Assembly: GCA_965243135.1 (NCBI GenBank) | Contig: OZ251539.1 | Location: 96,001-160,000, forward strand | From: Alphaproteobacteria bacterium | GTDB taxonomy: Bacteria > Pseudomonadota > Alphaproteobacteria > MPNO01 > UBA830 | Length of the DNA stretch: 64,000 bases | Direction of reading: 5' to 3' | Shown: positions 1-8,925 of the stretch, one piece after another | Layout: each line of letters begins with the position of its first letter | How positions within the stretch are numbered: position 1 is the first letter of the stretch | The notes under the pieces: model-generated | The model's input: only the letters and a program-made list of their open reading frames with translations | What the model was told of the DNA's origin: nothing | Database searches by the model: none | Made by a program: the position numbers and the translations under genes

Positions 1-1
1 C

Positions 2-229
2 GGAGAGGGCGAGGGCCTCGTCCGTCTCGAGGACGCGGGCGGCGGCCGCACGCGGCTTCGTTACAGCTATCGCGCCAACGTCGGCGGCAAGGTGGCGGCG
101 GTCGGGCAGCGCATGCTCGGAACCGTGACCCGAATCCTGATCGGTCAGTTCTTCCGCAATCTCGACCGGCGGCTCGGCGGCGGCCGCGGCGGCAGGTTGC
201 GCCGCATGTTCGGCGGCGGCGGGCGATGA
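2..229 (+). CDS. 3' end of a CoxG/SRPBCC-domain protein, probably the C-terminal domain of an HmfA-like molybdopterin large subunit (partial)
   Basis: Frame 2 reads ...TRLRYSYRANVGGKVAAVGQRML...IGQFFRNL; stop TGA 227-229 overlaps the next ATG (ATGA). Confidence 0.7.
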   Translation, partial: GEGEGLVRLEDAGGGRTRLRYSYRANVGGKVAAVGQRMLGTVTRILIGQFFRNLDRRLGGGRGGRLRRMFGGGGR

Positions 230-1086
230 AGCCCCCTCCGTTCGAATACTGCCGCGCCGATACGGTGGACGAGGCGCTCGCGCTGCTGTCGGAATTCGGC
301 GAGGAGGCGAGCGTGCTCGCCGGCGGACTGTCGCTCGCTGCGATGCTGAACATGCGCCTCGTGCGTCCCGCCGCCCTGATCGACGTCAACCGCCTGGAGT
401 CGCTGGCCGCGGTCCGCACGGGTTCCGATGCCGTCGAGACGGGCGCGCTCGTGCGCCAGGACGCGCCCGAATTGCCGGACGCGGTGCCGATGCTGAAGCT
501 GGCGTTGCCCTATGTCGGCCATTACCAGACGAGATCGCGCGGCACGCTGGGCGGATCGGTCGCTCACGCGGATCCGAGCGCCGAGATCCCGCTGTGCCTG
601 ACGACGCTCGGCGGCGCCGTGACGCTGCGCTCGCCGCGCGGCTCGCGCTCCGTGCCGGCGCGCGATTTCTTCCGCGGCGTGCTGACGACGGACCGGCGGC
701 CCGACGAGCTGATCGAGAGTCTCTCCTGGCCCCGTTGCGGCGACGGAACCGTCTTCGCGTTCGAGGAAATCGCGCAGCGCCGCGGCGATTTCGCGATAGC
801 CGCGGTCGCCGTCGCCGCGCGCGTCGGGGAGGACGGGCGCATCGCGGCCTTGTCGCTGGGGCTCGGCGGCGTGGAGGACCGTCCCTTCGTCGCCGATACG
901 GAAGCGTTCCTCGGCCGTCCCGCCGACGTCGCCGCGGCCCGCGACATCGCGGACGCCGCGGCCGAGGCGGCGGATCCGGTCGTCGACCTGCAAGGGAATG
1001 CCGATTACCGCCGCCAGCTCGTCCGCGTTCTCGGCGCGCGCGCCTTGTCGCGCGCCTTCCGGGGGGATGCGCAATGCTCCGCCTGA
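226..1086 (+). CDS. hmfB: Molybdenum hydroxylase FAD-binding subunit (CoxM family; 2-furoyl-CoA dehydrogenase HmfB-like)
   Basis: MKPPPFEY start, LAGGLSL, RGTLGGSVAHADPSAE, RRGDFA motifs; operon context. Confidence 0.75.
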   Translation: MKPPPFEYCRADTVDEALALLSEFGEEASVLAGGLSLAAMLNMRLVRPAALIDVNRLESLAAVRTGSDAVETGALVRQDAPELPDAVPMLKLALPYVGHYQTRSRGTLGGSVAHADPSAEIPLCLTTLGGAVTLRSPRGSRSVPARDFFRGVLTTDRRPDELIESLSWPRCGDGTVFAFEEIAQRRGDFAIAAVAVAARVGEDGRIAALSLGLGGVEDRPFVADTEAFLGRPADVAAARDIADAAAEAADPVVDLQGNADYRRQLVRVLGARALSRAFRGDAQCSA

Positions 1087-1559
1087 AGCCCGGCGAAAGG
1101 TGCCGCGTTCGATTGACCGTCAACGGCGAAAGCGTGTCCGGCGAGGCCGGGCCGCGCCTGTTGCTGACCGATTTTCTGCGTCACGAGCTCGGATTCTACG
1201 GCGTGCGCGTGGGCTGCGAGCACGGCGTTTGCGGCGCCTGCACCGTGATAATCGACGGAGCCGCGACGCGAAGCTGCCTGCGCTACGCCGTCCAGTGCGA
1301 GGACGGCGATATCCGCACCGTGGAGGGACTCTCGGGCGAGGACGGCGAACTGAACGCCCTGCAGCGCGCCTTCAACCGGAACGGCGCGCTGCAGTGCGGT
1401 TTCTGCACCGCCGGCATCCTGATGTCGGCGACGCGGTTTCTCGAGGACAATCCGAAGCCTTCCCGCGAGGAGGTGCGGGAGATGCTGTCCGGCCACATCT
1501 GTCGATGCACCGGCTACGAGCAGATCGTGCGCGCTATTCTGGAGGCGGCGGCGCAATGA
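1074..1559 (+). CDS. hmfC: (2Fe-2S) small subunit (CoxS family; HmfC-like)
   Basis: GCEHGVCGACT, QCGFCTAG, HICRCTGY; ATG at 1074 within the 594..1559 ORF. Confidence 0.75.
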   Translation: MLRLKPGERCRVRLTVNGESVSGEAGPRLLLTDFLRHELGFYGVRVGCEHGVCGACTVIIDGAATRSCLRYAVQCEDGDIRTVEGLSGEDGELNALQRAFNRNGALQCGFCTAGILMSATRFLEDNPKPSREEVREMLSGHICRCTGYEQIVRAILEAAAQ

Positions 1560-3082
1560 ACCTTGGAACCGTCTTCCATCGCTGCATGTTGCGTCAGCCG
1601 GACGCGCTCGCCGTCGTCGACGGCGAAACGCGGCGGACGTTCGCGGAGTGGCACGAGGACGTCCGCGCGGTCGCCGGCGGCCTGCGCGAAGGGGGCGTCG
1701 GGGCCGGAGACCGGCTGGTGGCGATCCTTTCGAACCGCTACGAAACGGCGACGATCTACTGGGCCTGCCAGATGCTCGGGGCCGTCTTCACCCCCTTCAA
1801 CTGGCGCGCCGGCGCCGGGGAATACGCGTACGTTCTGGACGACGCGGAGCCGAAAGGGGTCGTCTTCGAAGCGCGCTCGCAGGCTGCCGGCGGCCTTGCG
1901 GACGGCATCGCCTCCTGGAACGTCGACGCGGGCGGCTTCGGGGAACTGCGCGGCGGGCCGCCGGTCGAAGGCCCCTGCGGCGTCGGCGAGGGCGACGTCT
2001 GCCTGATGCTCTACACGTCGGGAACGACCGGCCGACCCAAGGGCGTGCCCCGGTCGCACCGCGCCGAGCGCCTGGCGGCGACCCACTGCATCGCTCTCCT
2101 GTCCTACCGGTACGCCGATTCGACGCTCGGCGTGATGCCGATGTTTCACACGATGGGCGTGCGGTCGATGCTGATGAGCGCGATGCTCAACGGCGCGCTG
2201 ATCTGCCTTCCGGCGTGGGACGCCGAAACCGCCATGAAGCTGATCGAGGGAGAGCGGATCGACACGCTGTTCCTCATCCCGACGATGTTCCACGACATGC
2301 TGCATCACCCGGCGCGCGCCGCCCGCGACCTCTCCTCCGCGCGCAACATCGCCTACGCCGGCATGTCCATGACGTCGGCGCTGACCGAGCTTTGCGAGCG
2401 CGAATTCAAGCCGGCGCGTTTCTCCAACTTCTACGGCTCGAGCGAGATCTTCACCTTCTCGGTCTGCGACCGGGTGGCGGAAAAGCCGGGTTGCGCCGGA
2501 AGGCCGGGCATCGGGCAGGCGCTTCGCGTCGTCGCGCCCGACCCGGACGGCGGCAGCGGTCCGGACGACGTCGTTCCGCCGGGCGAGCCGGGGGAGATCA
2601 TCGCGCCGATGGACGGAATGGAAGCCTTCTCCGGATACTGGAAGCGGCCCGACGCGGACGCGAAGTCGATTCGCGGCGGCTGGTACTTCACCGGCGATCT
2701 CGGCTATTTCGACGAGGATGGCGAACTCCATGTCGCCGGACGGGTCGACGACATGGTGATTTCCGGCGGCGAGAACGTCTATCCGGAGGAGGTGGAGGAC
2801 GCCTTGGCGCGCTCGCCGCTGGTCGAGCAGGTCGCGGTCGTCGGCCTGCCCGACGAGCGCATGGGCGCCCGGATCGTCGCCTTCGTCGAGCCGGCGTCGC
2901 CGGAGTGCTCGGCGCGCGCGCTGGACGCATGGTGCCTCGAGGGTTCGCTCGCCCGCTTCAAGCGCCCGCGCGCCTACGTCTTCGTCCGGTCCATCCCCCG
3001 CTCCGCTTCCGGCAAGCTCCTGCGCCGCATGCTGAGAGAGGGGGAATACGAAGCGCTGGAGGGCTACGATGCGGAGCTTTGA
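1556..3082 (+). CDS. hmfD: Acyl-CoA synthetase (2-furoate-CoA ligase HmfD-like)
   Basis: YTSGTTGRPKG AMP-binding motif, TGDLG, GRVDDMVISGGENVYPEEVE; GVMPMFHTMGVRS resembles HmfD; ATGA overlap with the upstream gene. Confidence 0.75.
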   Translation: MNLGTVFHRCMLRQPDALAVVDGETRRTFAEWHEDVRAVAGGLREGGVGAGDRLVAILSNRYETATIYWACQMLGAVFTPFNWRAGAGEYAYVLDDAEPKGVVFEARSQAAGGLADGIASWNVDAGGFGELRGGPPVEGPCGVGEGDVCLMLYTSGTTGRPKGVPRSHRAERLAATHCIALLSYRYADSTLGVMPMFHTMGVRSMLMSAMLNGALICLPAWDAETAMKLIEGERIDTLFLIPTMFHDMLHHPARAARDLSSARNIAYAGMSMTSALTELCEREFKPARFSNFYGSSEIFTFSVCDRVAEKPGCAGRPGIGQALRVVAPDPDGGSGPDDVVPPGEPGEIIAPMDGMEAFSGYWKRPDADAKSIRGGWYFTGDLGYFDEDGELHVAGRVDDMVISGGENVYPEEVEDALARSPLVEQVAVVGLPDERMGARIVAFVEPASPECSARALDAWCLEGSLARFKRPRAYVFVRSIPRSASGKLLRRMLREGEYEALEGYDAEL

Positions 3083-3238
3083 GGCGGGAGGCCGCCGGTC
3101 GCGGACCGGCCCCGCTCGCCGGGGGATCCCGAGTCGCTCCGGGCGCGGAGCGGGCGCGTCGGCGTCCGTGCGTCGTCCGGCGATTTCCATTAGTTTCGCG
3201 CCGCGCGGCGGCGTCCGCTGCATCCCGGGAAAGGAAAG

Positions 3239-4054
3239 ATGATCGAAAAGAACTATGCGCGGCAGAGGGCCTCCGTCCTCGAAAATCTGGACGGGCTCCG
3301 CGTCGAGGCGGATCCCGAAAAGCGGGTCGGATATCTGATTCTCGACCGGCCGCCCCTCAACATCGTCTCGTACGCCGGGCGGCGGCAGATTCGCGCGATC
3401 GTCGAGGCGATGGACGAGGATCCGGAGGTGGGCGTGATCGTCGTTCGCGGCGCCAACGGCGTGTTCACCTCGGGCGGCGACGTCAAGGCCTTTCCCGGCA
3501 TACCCAAGAACGGGATGTCCGACCTGCACTGGAACGTCGGCGCGCCCGAGCGCGCCGGAAAGCCGGTGATCTGCGCCATGGAGAAATACGCCTTCGGGGT
3601 CGGCTTCGAGCTCGCGCTGGCCTGCGATTTCCGGTTCGCGACCAGGGACACGCAGGTGGGGCTCCCCGAAATCTCCCTCGGCCAGATGCCGGGTTCGGGC
3701 GGAAGCGTGCGCGTCGCGCGGATCGCCGGACTCGGCCGCGCCAAGGACATGGTGATGCTGGGCAAGCGCATACCGGCGGAGCGGGCGAGGGACTGGGGAC
3801 TGATCACCGACGTCGCCGACGACGGGGACGGCCTGCGCGAACTGGTCGAGAACTACGCGGCCATGCTGAACGCGCAGGCGCCGGTCGCGCTGGCTTCGCT
3901 GAAGAAGGTGCTCAATTCGGCCTACGACGCGCCGCTCAAGACGGCTCTCGAGGTCGAAGGCCACTCTTACGAGAAGCTGCGGTGGACCGACGATTACATG
4001 GAGGGAACCCGCGCCTTCGCCGAGCGCCGCAAGCCGTCGTTCAAGGGGGGATAG
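3239..4054 (+). CDS. hmfE: Crotonase-family protein (2-oxoglutaryl-CoA hydrolase HmfE-like)
   Basis: LDRPPLN, FTSGGD, FGVGFELALACDFR, GQMPGSGGS, EGHSYEKLR; follows the hmfBCD-like genes. Confidence 0.75.
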   Translation: MIEKNYARQRASVLENLDGLRVEADPEKRVGYLILDRPPLNIVSYAGRRQIRAIVEAMDEDPEVGVIVVRGANGVFTSGGDVKAFPGIPKNGMSDLHWNVGAPERAGKPVICAMEKYAFGVGFELALACDFRFATRDTQVGLPEISLGQMPGSGGSVRVARIAGLGRAKDMVMLGKRIPAERARDWGLITDVADDGDGLRELVENYAAMLNAQAPVALASLKKVLNSAYDAPLKTALEVEGHSYEKLRWTDDYMEGTRAFAERRKPSFKGG

Positions 4055-4254
4055 CCTCCCGCCCGATCCGGCGGCCCGGTTTCGGGAGCTCCGAAGCCGC
4101 CGCCTCGCGGGGACGCGGCGCCTTCCGCCGGAACGCGGCCGGCGATTTCGAGAATCAGCTTTTTCCGTATGGCGTCGGCGAAGCTGCGCCGGTTTTCGGC
4201 CTTGATCACGAACGAGCGCGGGCCGCCCGTTACGTTGAACTCGTAATACTCCGG
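3994..4254 (-). pseudogene. 3' part of the DUF1194 (vWA-like) gene, separated by the IS insertion
   Basis: PEYYEFNVTGGPRSFVIKAENRRSFADAIRKKLILEIA matches the DUF1194 C-terminus and continues the reading broken at 5872. Confidence 0.8.
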
Positions 4255-5871
4255 CAGCAATTCCCGCTAAGGCTCGACACCCTTGGAAAATATGGGGTCT
4301 GAAAAAAAATTTTCGTAGACTTTTCGAGGCGATTCGGGGCTATTTGTCTTCGAGCGGAGATTCTTTCTCTGGAAAGTGCTCCGAAGGCGAGGCGGGATCG
4401 TACCAAAATGGCCAGAATGCCAGGCATGCGCAAGACGCTCAGCGCTCCGGGATTGCTGAAGGCGCTCCGGGAGATTTTTGACGGCATTGAGGATCTGACG
4501 GCGAGTCGAGGCGTCGCTCTTTCGGATTGCCTGATGTCGGGGATTGCAGTATTTGGTTTGAAGTACAAATCTCTTTTAACGTTTGATCGCGACGCACGTT
4601 TTGATGAAACGGTTCGCAATAATCTTGCGACATTGTACGGGATTGAGAGAGCGCCTTCCGATACCAGGTTGCGCGAGCGTCTGGACGACGTTGACCCCCG
4701 TAGTTTACGTCCCGCTTTCACGAAGATGTTCCAGTTGCTTCAGCGCGGAAAGGGTCTGGAAGGTTACACCTGTCTAGGCGGGCATTATCTTTTATCCGTT
4801 GACGGAACGGGATATTTTTCATCTCACAAGGTGCACTGTAAAAGCTGCTGTGAAAAGCATCACAGGAACGGAACAATCACGTACTACCACCAGATGCTGG
4901 GGGCAGTTCTCGTGCGCCAAAAGGAAGTTTTCCCTCTTGCACCGGAGCCGATTACCAAGAAAGATGGAAAGAAGAAAAACGATTGCGAACGCAACGCAGC
5001 GACACGACTGTTGCGCGATGTGCGGCGGGAGCATCCGTTTTTGAAATTGATAGTGGTAGAGGACGGGCTTGCCTCGAACGGCCCGCATATCAAGCATCTC
5101 AAGGAGTTGAACCTTCGCTTCATACTGGGTGCCAAGCCGGGAGACCATAAATTTTTGTTTGGTGAACAGGTCACGATCTGTGAAACGTGCCGAATTTTGA
5201 AGAAGGTGTACGGCACGAATTCAGATATCTTAACAACGCACCACTCAACGACGCGAATTTCGACCTTGAGATCAACTTTGTGGAATACTGGGAAAAGCAT
5301 CCCGACGGCAAAAAGCAACGCTTTTCCTGGGTTACAGACCTGCCAGTAGGAGAGCACAACCTGATGGAGATAATGCGTGCCGGGCGTGCACGCTGGCGTA
5401 AACGAGACCTTCAACACCCTGAAGAACCAAGGTTACAACTTCGAACACAACTTCGGTCATGGTTACAAGCATCTGTCGAATGTCCTGGCTAACTTGATGA
5501 TGCTAGCTTTCCTGCCAGATTCAGCAGAGATGTTGCAATCTGTTTCAAAGAGCACGGAAGAAAGCCGAGCGTTCCATCTACTTGTGGGAGAAGTTGAGAG
5601 CTATGTTCTTCAACTTTTCACTGCCAGGCTGGGAAGCGCTTTATCGTGCTATAGCGTTCGGATACAAAAAGCCGATTCTGGAACCTTACGATACTTCTTG
5701 ACATAATAATTTTTCGAAGTGTGTAGCAGGTTCTTCAGGGGGAAACATAACCGACGAAAGCTCGGCCATAAAGCCGGACGTTAGACGTCTGTCCTGACGG
5801 TCGTGCCTCTTGCCGAGAAAATCCTTTGCATCTGACTTGGCACGACCACTACAAGTTAGCGGGAATTTCTG
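4255..5871 (+). mobile_element. Insertion sequence, 1617 bp, DDE transposase (ISNCY/IS4-like; family uncertain)
   Basis: IRL CAGCAATTCCCGCTAA 4255-4270; IRR 5856-5871 (reverse complement CAGAAATTCCCGCTAA, 1 mismatch); 9-bp TSD ATACTCCGG at 4246-4254 and 5872-5880; lower GC than flanks. Confidence 0.92.
4408..5706 (+). pseudogene. Frameshifted DDE transposase
   Basis: APSDTRLRERLD, LSVDGTGYF, KNDCERNA, VVEDGL, then GRARW and NETFNTLKNQGYNFEHNFGHG spread over three frames (4408, 5187 and 5377 ORFs). Confidence 0.85.
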
Positions 5872-6432
5872 ATACTCCGGCAGACTGGGCATCGACGGGC
5901 GCTCGATGACGAGGCCGTTGATGGTGAACCCGTTGGCGACGGCCGCGTCGCGCGCGTCTTCCACCAGGCCCGTCGTGTCGGGTCCGTCTCCCGATACGTC
6001 GATCACCTTCCGCGCGCCCTTGAATTCGTTGCCGAGAACCGACTCGGAAGCGTAGGCGACGGCCTCGCCGATCGCGTTGCCGCCGGGGCAACGCTCCCTG
6101 GGAGCCGCGGTTATCCTCGCGCCCGCCGCCTTCGCCGAGGACGGACCGTCGATCTTCGTCCACGCCACCCGTTGCCAGACGCAGCCGCTCGCCGCGAACT
6201 CGATGTAGGAAATCGCGACCGCGCCCAGAAAGCCGCCGCGGATCGCCCTCAGAACCTGCGGGTTCGCGAGCGCGTCGGCGTAGCCCTGGCGCTGAAGCTG
6301 CATCTCTTCCCGGTCGATCGAACCGGAAGCGTCGACCACGAACGCCAGTTCGAGATCGACGGAAACGCTCTCGGCGCGGCCTGCGCCCGACGCCGCGAGC
6401 AGCGCGACGGCGGCCAGCGCCCGGAGGATCAT
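5872..6432 (-). pseudogene. 5' part of a secreted DUF1194 (vWA-like) protein, IS-interrupted
   Basis: Signal peptide MILRALAAVALLAASGAGRA, VDLELAFVVDASGSID (MIDAS-like), KVIDVSGDGP, TINGL. Confidence 0.85.
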
Positions 6433-6812
6433 CCCGCCGCCCACACGTCCACTTCCACGAGCATTTCCGGCTGCGCGAGGCCGGAAACGAACAGAAGGGT
6501 GGACGTGGGCTTGTGCGCGCCCAGAAAGCGGTCCCGGATCGCCATGTGCGCGTCCCGCCATCTCGGATCGGTGACGTACTGAACCACCTTCACGACGTTT
6601 TCGATCCCCATTCCGTTGGCTTCGAGGCACTTGACCACGTTGTTCCACGCGGCTTCGGTCTGGGCTTCGACGCCGTCGGGGATCGTGCCGTCGGGCAGGG
6701 TGCCGACCTGGCCCGACAGGCTCAGGATGCGGCAGCCGGCCGGCACCGACATCGCGTGGACGTAATGGCGGGCCGGCGGGGCGACTCCGTCCGGGTTCAT
6801 CGGATTGAACAT
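6429..6812 (-). CDS. RidA/YjgF family protein
   Basis: LSGQVG, PTSTLLFVSGLAQPEMLVEVD. Confidence 0.9.
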   Translation of the reverse strand: MFNPMNPDGVAPPARHYVHAMSVPAGCRILSLSGQVGTLPDGTIPDGVEAQTEAAWNNVVKCLEANGMGIENVVKVVQYVTDPRWRDAHMAIRDRFLGAHKPTSTLLFVSGLAQPEMLVEVDVWAAG

Positions 6813-6855
6813 TTCGGATCCTCCTTTTTTCGGTTTCCGCGGCCGGGCGACCGCG

Positions 6856-7647
6856 CTACAGCGAGGCGTAGAAGTCCAGCAACGCCCTTTCGAACGCGCG
6901 GGGGTTGGCGACGTTGCAGATATGGCCCGCGCCGGGCAGGGACGCGTGCCGGCCGTCGCGAACCGCTTCCGCGAGCGCCTCCATGACTTGCGGCGGGCCG
7001 CCGACCGCGTCGAGGGCGCCGGAGACGAACAGCGCCGGCATGCCGAGTTCGGCCATGCGGTCGCCGAAGCCGACGGTGAGAAGCGCGGCGATGCAGCCGT
7101 GATAACCCTCGAGCGAGGTGCGCCGGATCATCGCCCGCACCTCTTCCATCCTGCCGGGGTTCGCTTCGCGGAACGCTTCGGGGAACCATCGGGCGGCCGT
7201 GATTTCGACGATCCCCTCGATGCCTTCGGCCGCGGACTTCTCGATCATCGGCGGCCAGATGGAGCCGTATTCGGGCGCGAGCTCGACCCGGCACGCGACG
7301 GGGACGATGGAGGCGACCCGATCGGGGTGGTCGAGCGCAGCGGCGATCGTCGTCATTCCGCCCAGGCCGATTCCGGCCAGATGCGACCGCTCGATGCCGA
7401 GCGCGTCCCAGACCCCGAGGACGTCGCCCGTAAGCCGTTCGAACGAATAAGGGGGCGGCGTCGCCTCGGTCGCGCCGTGTCCGCGGGAATCGAGGCGCAG
7501 GAGCCGGAAGTCCCTGCTCAACGCGGGAACGTGATCGTCCCACATCGCGACGTCGTTGGTGATGCCGGTGACGAAGGTGATCCAGGGCGCGCCCTCGGGG
7601 CCGTCGACGACGCAGTTGACCGAAATTCCGTTCGCTTCAATCCGCAT
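6856..7647 (-). CDS. Alpha/beta hydrolase (3-oxoadipate enol-lactonase-like)
   Basis: MRIEANGISV start, DSRGHGAT, GAGH; the nucleophile elbow reads GIGLGG (Gly where Ser is usual). Confidence 0.8.
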   Translation of the reverse strand: MRIEANGISVNCVVDGPEGAPWITFVTGITNDVAMWDDHVPALSRDFRLLRLDSRGHGATEATPPPYSFERLTGDVLGVWDALGIERSHLAGIGLGGMTTIAAALDHPDRVASIVPVACRVELAPEYGSIWPPMIEKSAAEGIEGIVEITAARWFPEAFREANPGRMEEVRAMIRRTSLEGYHGCIAALLTVGFGDRMAELGMPALFVSGALDAVGGPPQVMEALAEAVRDGRHASLPGAGHICNVANPRAFERALLDFYASL

Positions 7648-7728
7648 GGGCGCCTCCCGCGACTCGGGCGATTGTACTATCCGCCGCAACGGGATAATAC
7701 AGCGTCGGATTGCGCTGGAAGGTCGCCG

Positions 7729-8259
7729 ATGACGGCAGGATCGAACGAACCCGCCTGGCCCGACGAGATACTGGCGGCGCTCCGGGAAGCCGGGGTCGGC
7801 CAGGTGAGTTTCGTGCCCGACGCGGGCCATGCGAAGCTCATCGATTCCTGCCTGCGGGACGACGGGATCAAGGCCACGCGGCTCACGACCGAGGAGGAAG
7901 GCGTCGCGCTCGCGCTCGGCGCCTGGCTCGGCGGCGAGCGCAGCGCGTTGCTGATGCAGTCTTCGGGGGTCGGGAACTGCGTCAACATGCTCTCGATCCT
8001 GCACGAAACGCGGTCTCCGCTGCTGATGCTCGTGACGATGCGCGGCGAATGGGGGGAATTCAATCCGTGGCAGGTTCCGATGGGCCAGAGCGCCGGGAAG
8101 GTGCTCGCGGACACCGGCGTGGCGACCTATCGGGCCGACGACGCCGACGCCGTCGGCGAGACGGTGCGGGCGGCCTCCCGGATCGCGTTCGATTCCTATC
8201 GCGCCGCCGCGGTGCTCATCGGCCAGCGCGTCGTCGGCTACAAGGACTGGCGCAAATGA
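7729..8259 (+). CDS. TPP-dependent decarboxylase alpha subunit (sulfopyruvate/phosphonopyruvate decarboxylase-like)
   Basis: FVPDAGH, TTEEEGVA, LMQSSGVGNCVN, RGEWGEFNPWQVPMG. Confidence 0.85.
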   Translation: MTAGSNEPAWPDEILAALREAGVGQVSFVPDAGHAKLIDSCLRDDGIKATRLTTEEEGVALALGAWLGGERSALLMQSSGVGNCVNMLSILHETRSPLLMLVTMRGEWGEFNPWQVPMGQSAGKVLADTGVATYRADDADAVGETVRAASRIAFDSYRAAAVLIGQRVVGYKDWRK

Positions 8260-8314
8260 AGCGGCCCCGCCGTCCGGAACCGCCGTTCCGCGGATCGCCG
8301 AAGCGCGCCGCCGG

Positions 8315-8902
8315 ATGACGGGCGGCCTCGGACGGCGCGACGCGGTGGCGCGCATGTTGAGAGACCGCGGCGACGCGCTCGTGGTGACGGGCCTGGGTTC
8401 CACGACGTGGGACGCGGCGGCGGCGGGCGATCATCCGAACAACTTCTATCTCTGGGGCGGGATGGGCGGCGCAGCGATGACCGGGCTCGGACTCGCCCGC
8501 GCGCAGCCCGGTCGCCGCGTGATCGTGATTACCGGCGACGGCGAGATGCTGATGGGGCTCGGCGGCATCGCGACGATGGCGGTCGCGGCGCCGGCGAACC
8601 TGGCGGTCTGCGTGATCGACAACCAGCGCTACGGCGAAACGGGAATGCAGGAGACGCATACCGCTCGCGGCGTCGATCTGGCGGGCGTCGCGGCGGCGGC
8701 CGGCATCGGCGATTCCCGGACCGTCCGCACGGAAAAGGATCTGGAAACGGCGATACCCGCGCTCTACGAGGGCGCGGGGCCGGTGTTCGTCGTCGTGAAA
8801 GTGAATGCCGACCCCGTTCCGACGGCGTTGCCGATGCGCGACGGCGCCGCGCTGCGCGCGCGGTTCCGGGAAGCCGTTCTGGGCGCGGGACGGGAGATTT
8901 GA
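8315..8902 (+). CDS. TPP-binding beta subunit (ComE-like)
   Basis: WGGMG, TGDGEMLM...DNQRYGETGMQ TPP-binding motif. Confidence 0.85.
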   Translation: MTGGLGRRDAVARMLRDRGDALVVTGLGSTTWDAAAAGDHPNNFYLWGGMGGAAMTGLGLARAQPGRRVIVITGDGEMLMGLGGIATMAVAAPANLAVCVIDNQRYGETGMQETHTARGVDLAGVAAAAGIGDSRTVRTEKDLETAIPALYEGAGPVFVVVKVNADPVPTALPMRDGAALRARFREAVLGAGREI

Positions 8903-8925
8903 CGCGCATTGCGGGGAGAAGAAGC

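Noticed and set aside
226-1559. Aerobic CO dehydrogenase (coxMSL)
   Set aside because: Linked CoA ligase and crotonase fit the Hmf pathway better; the large-subunit active site is outside the window
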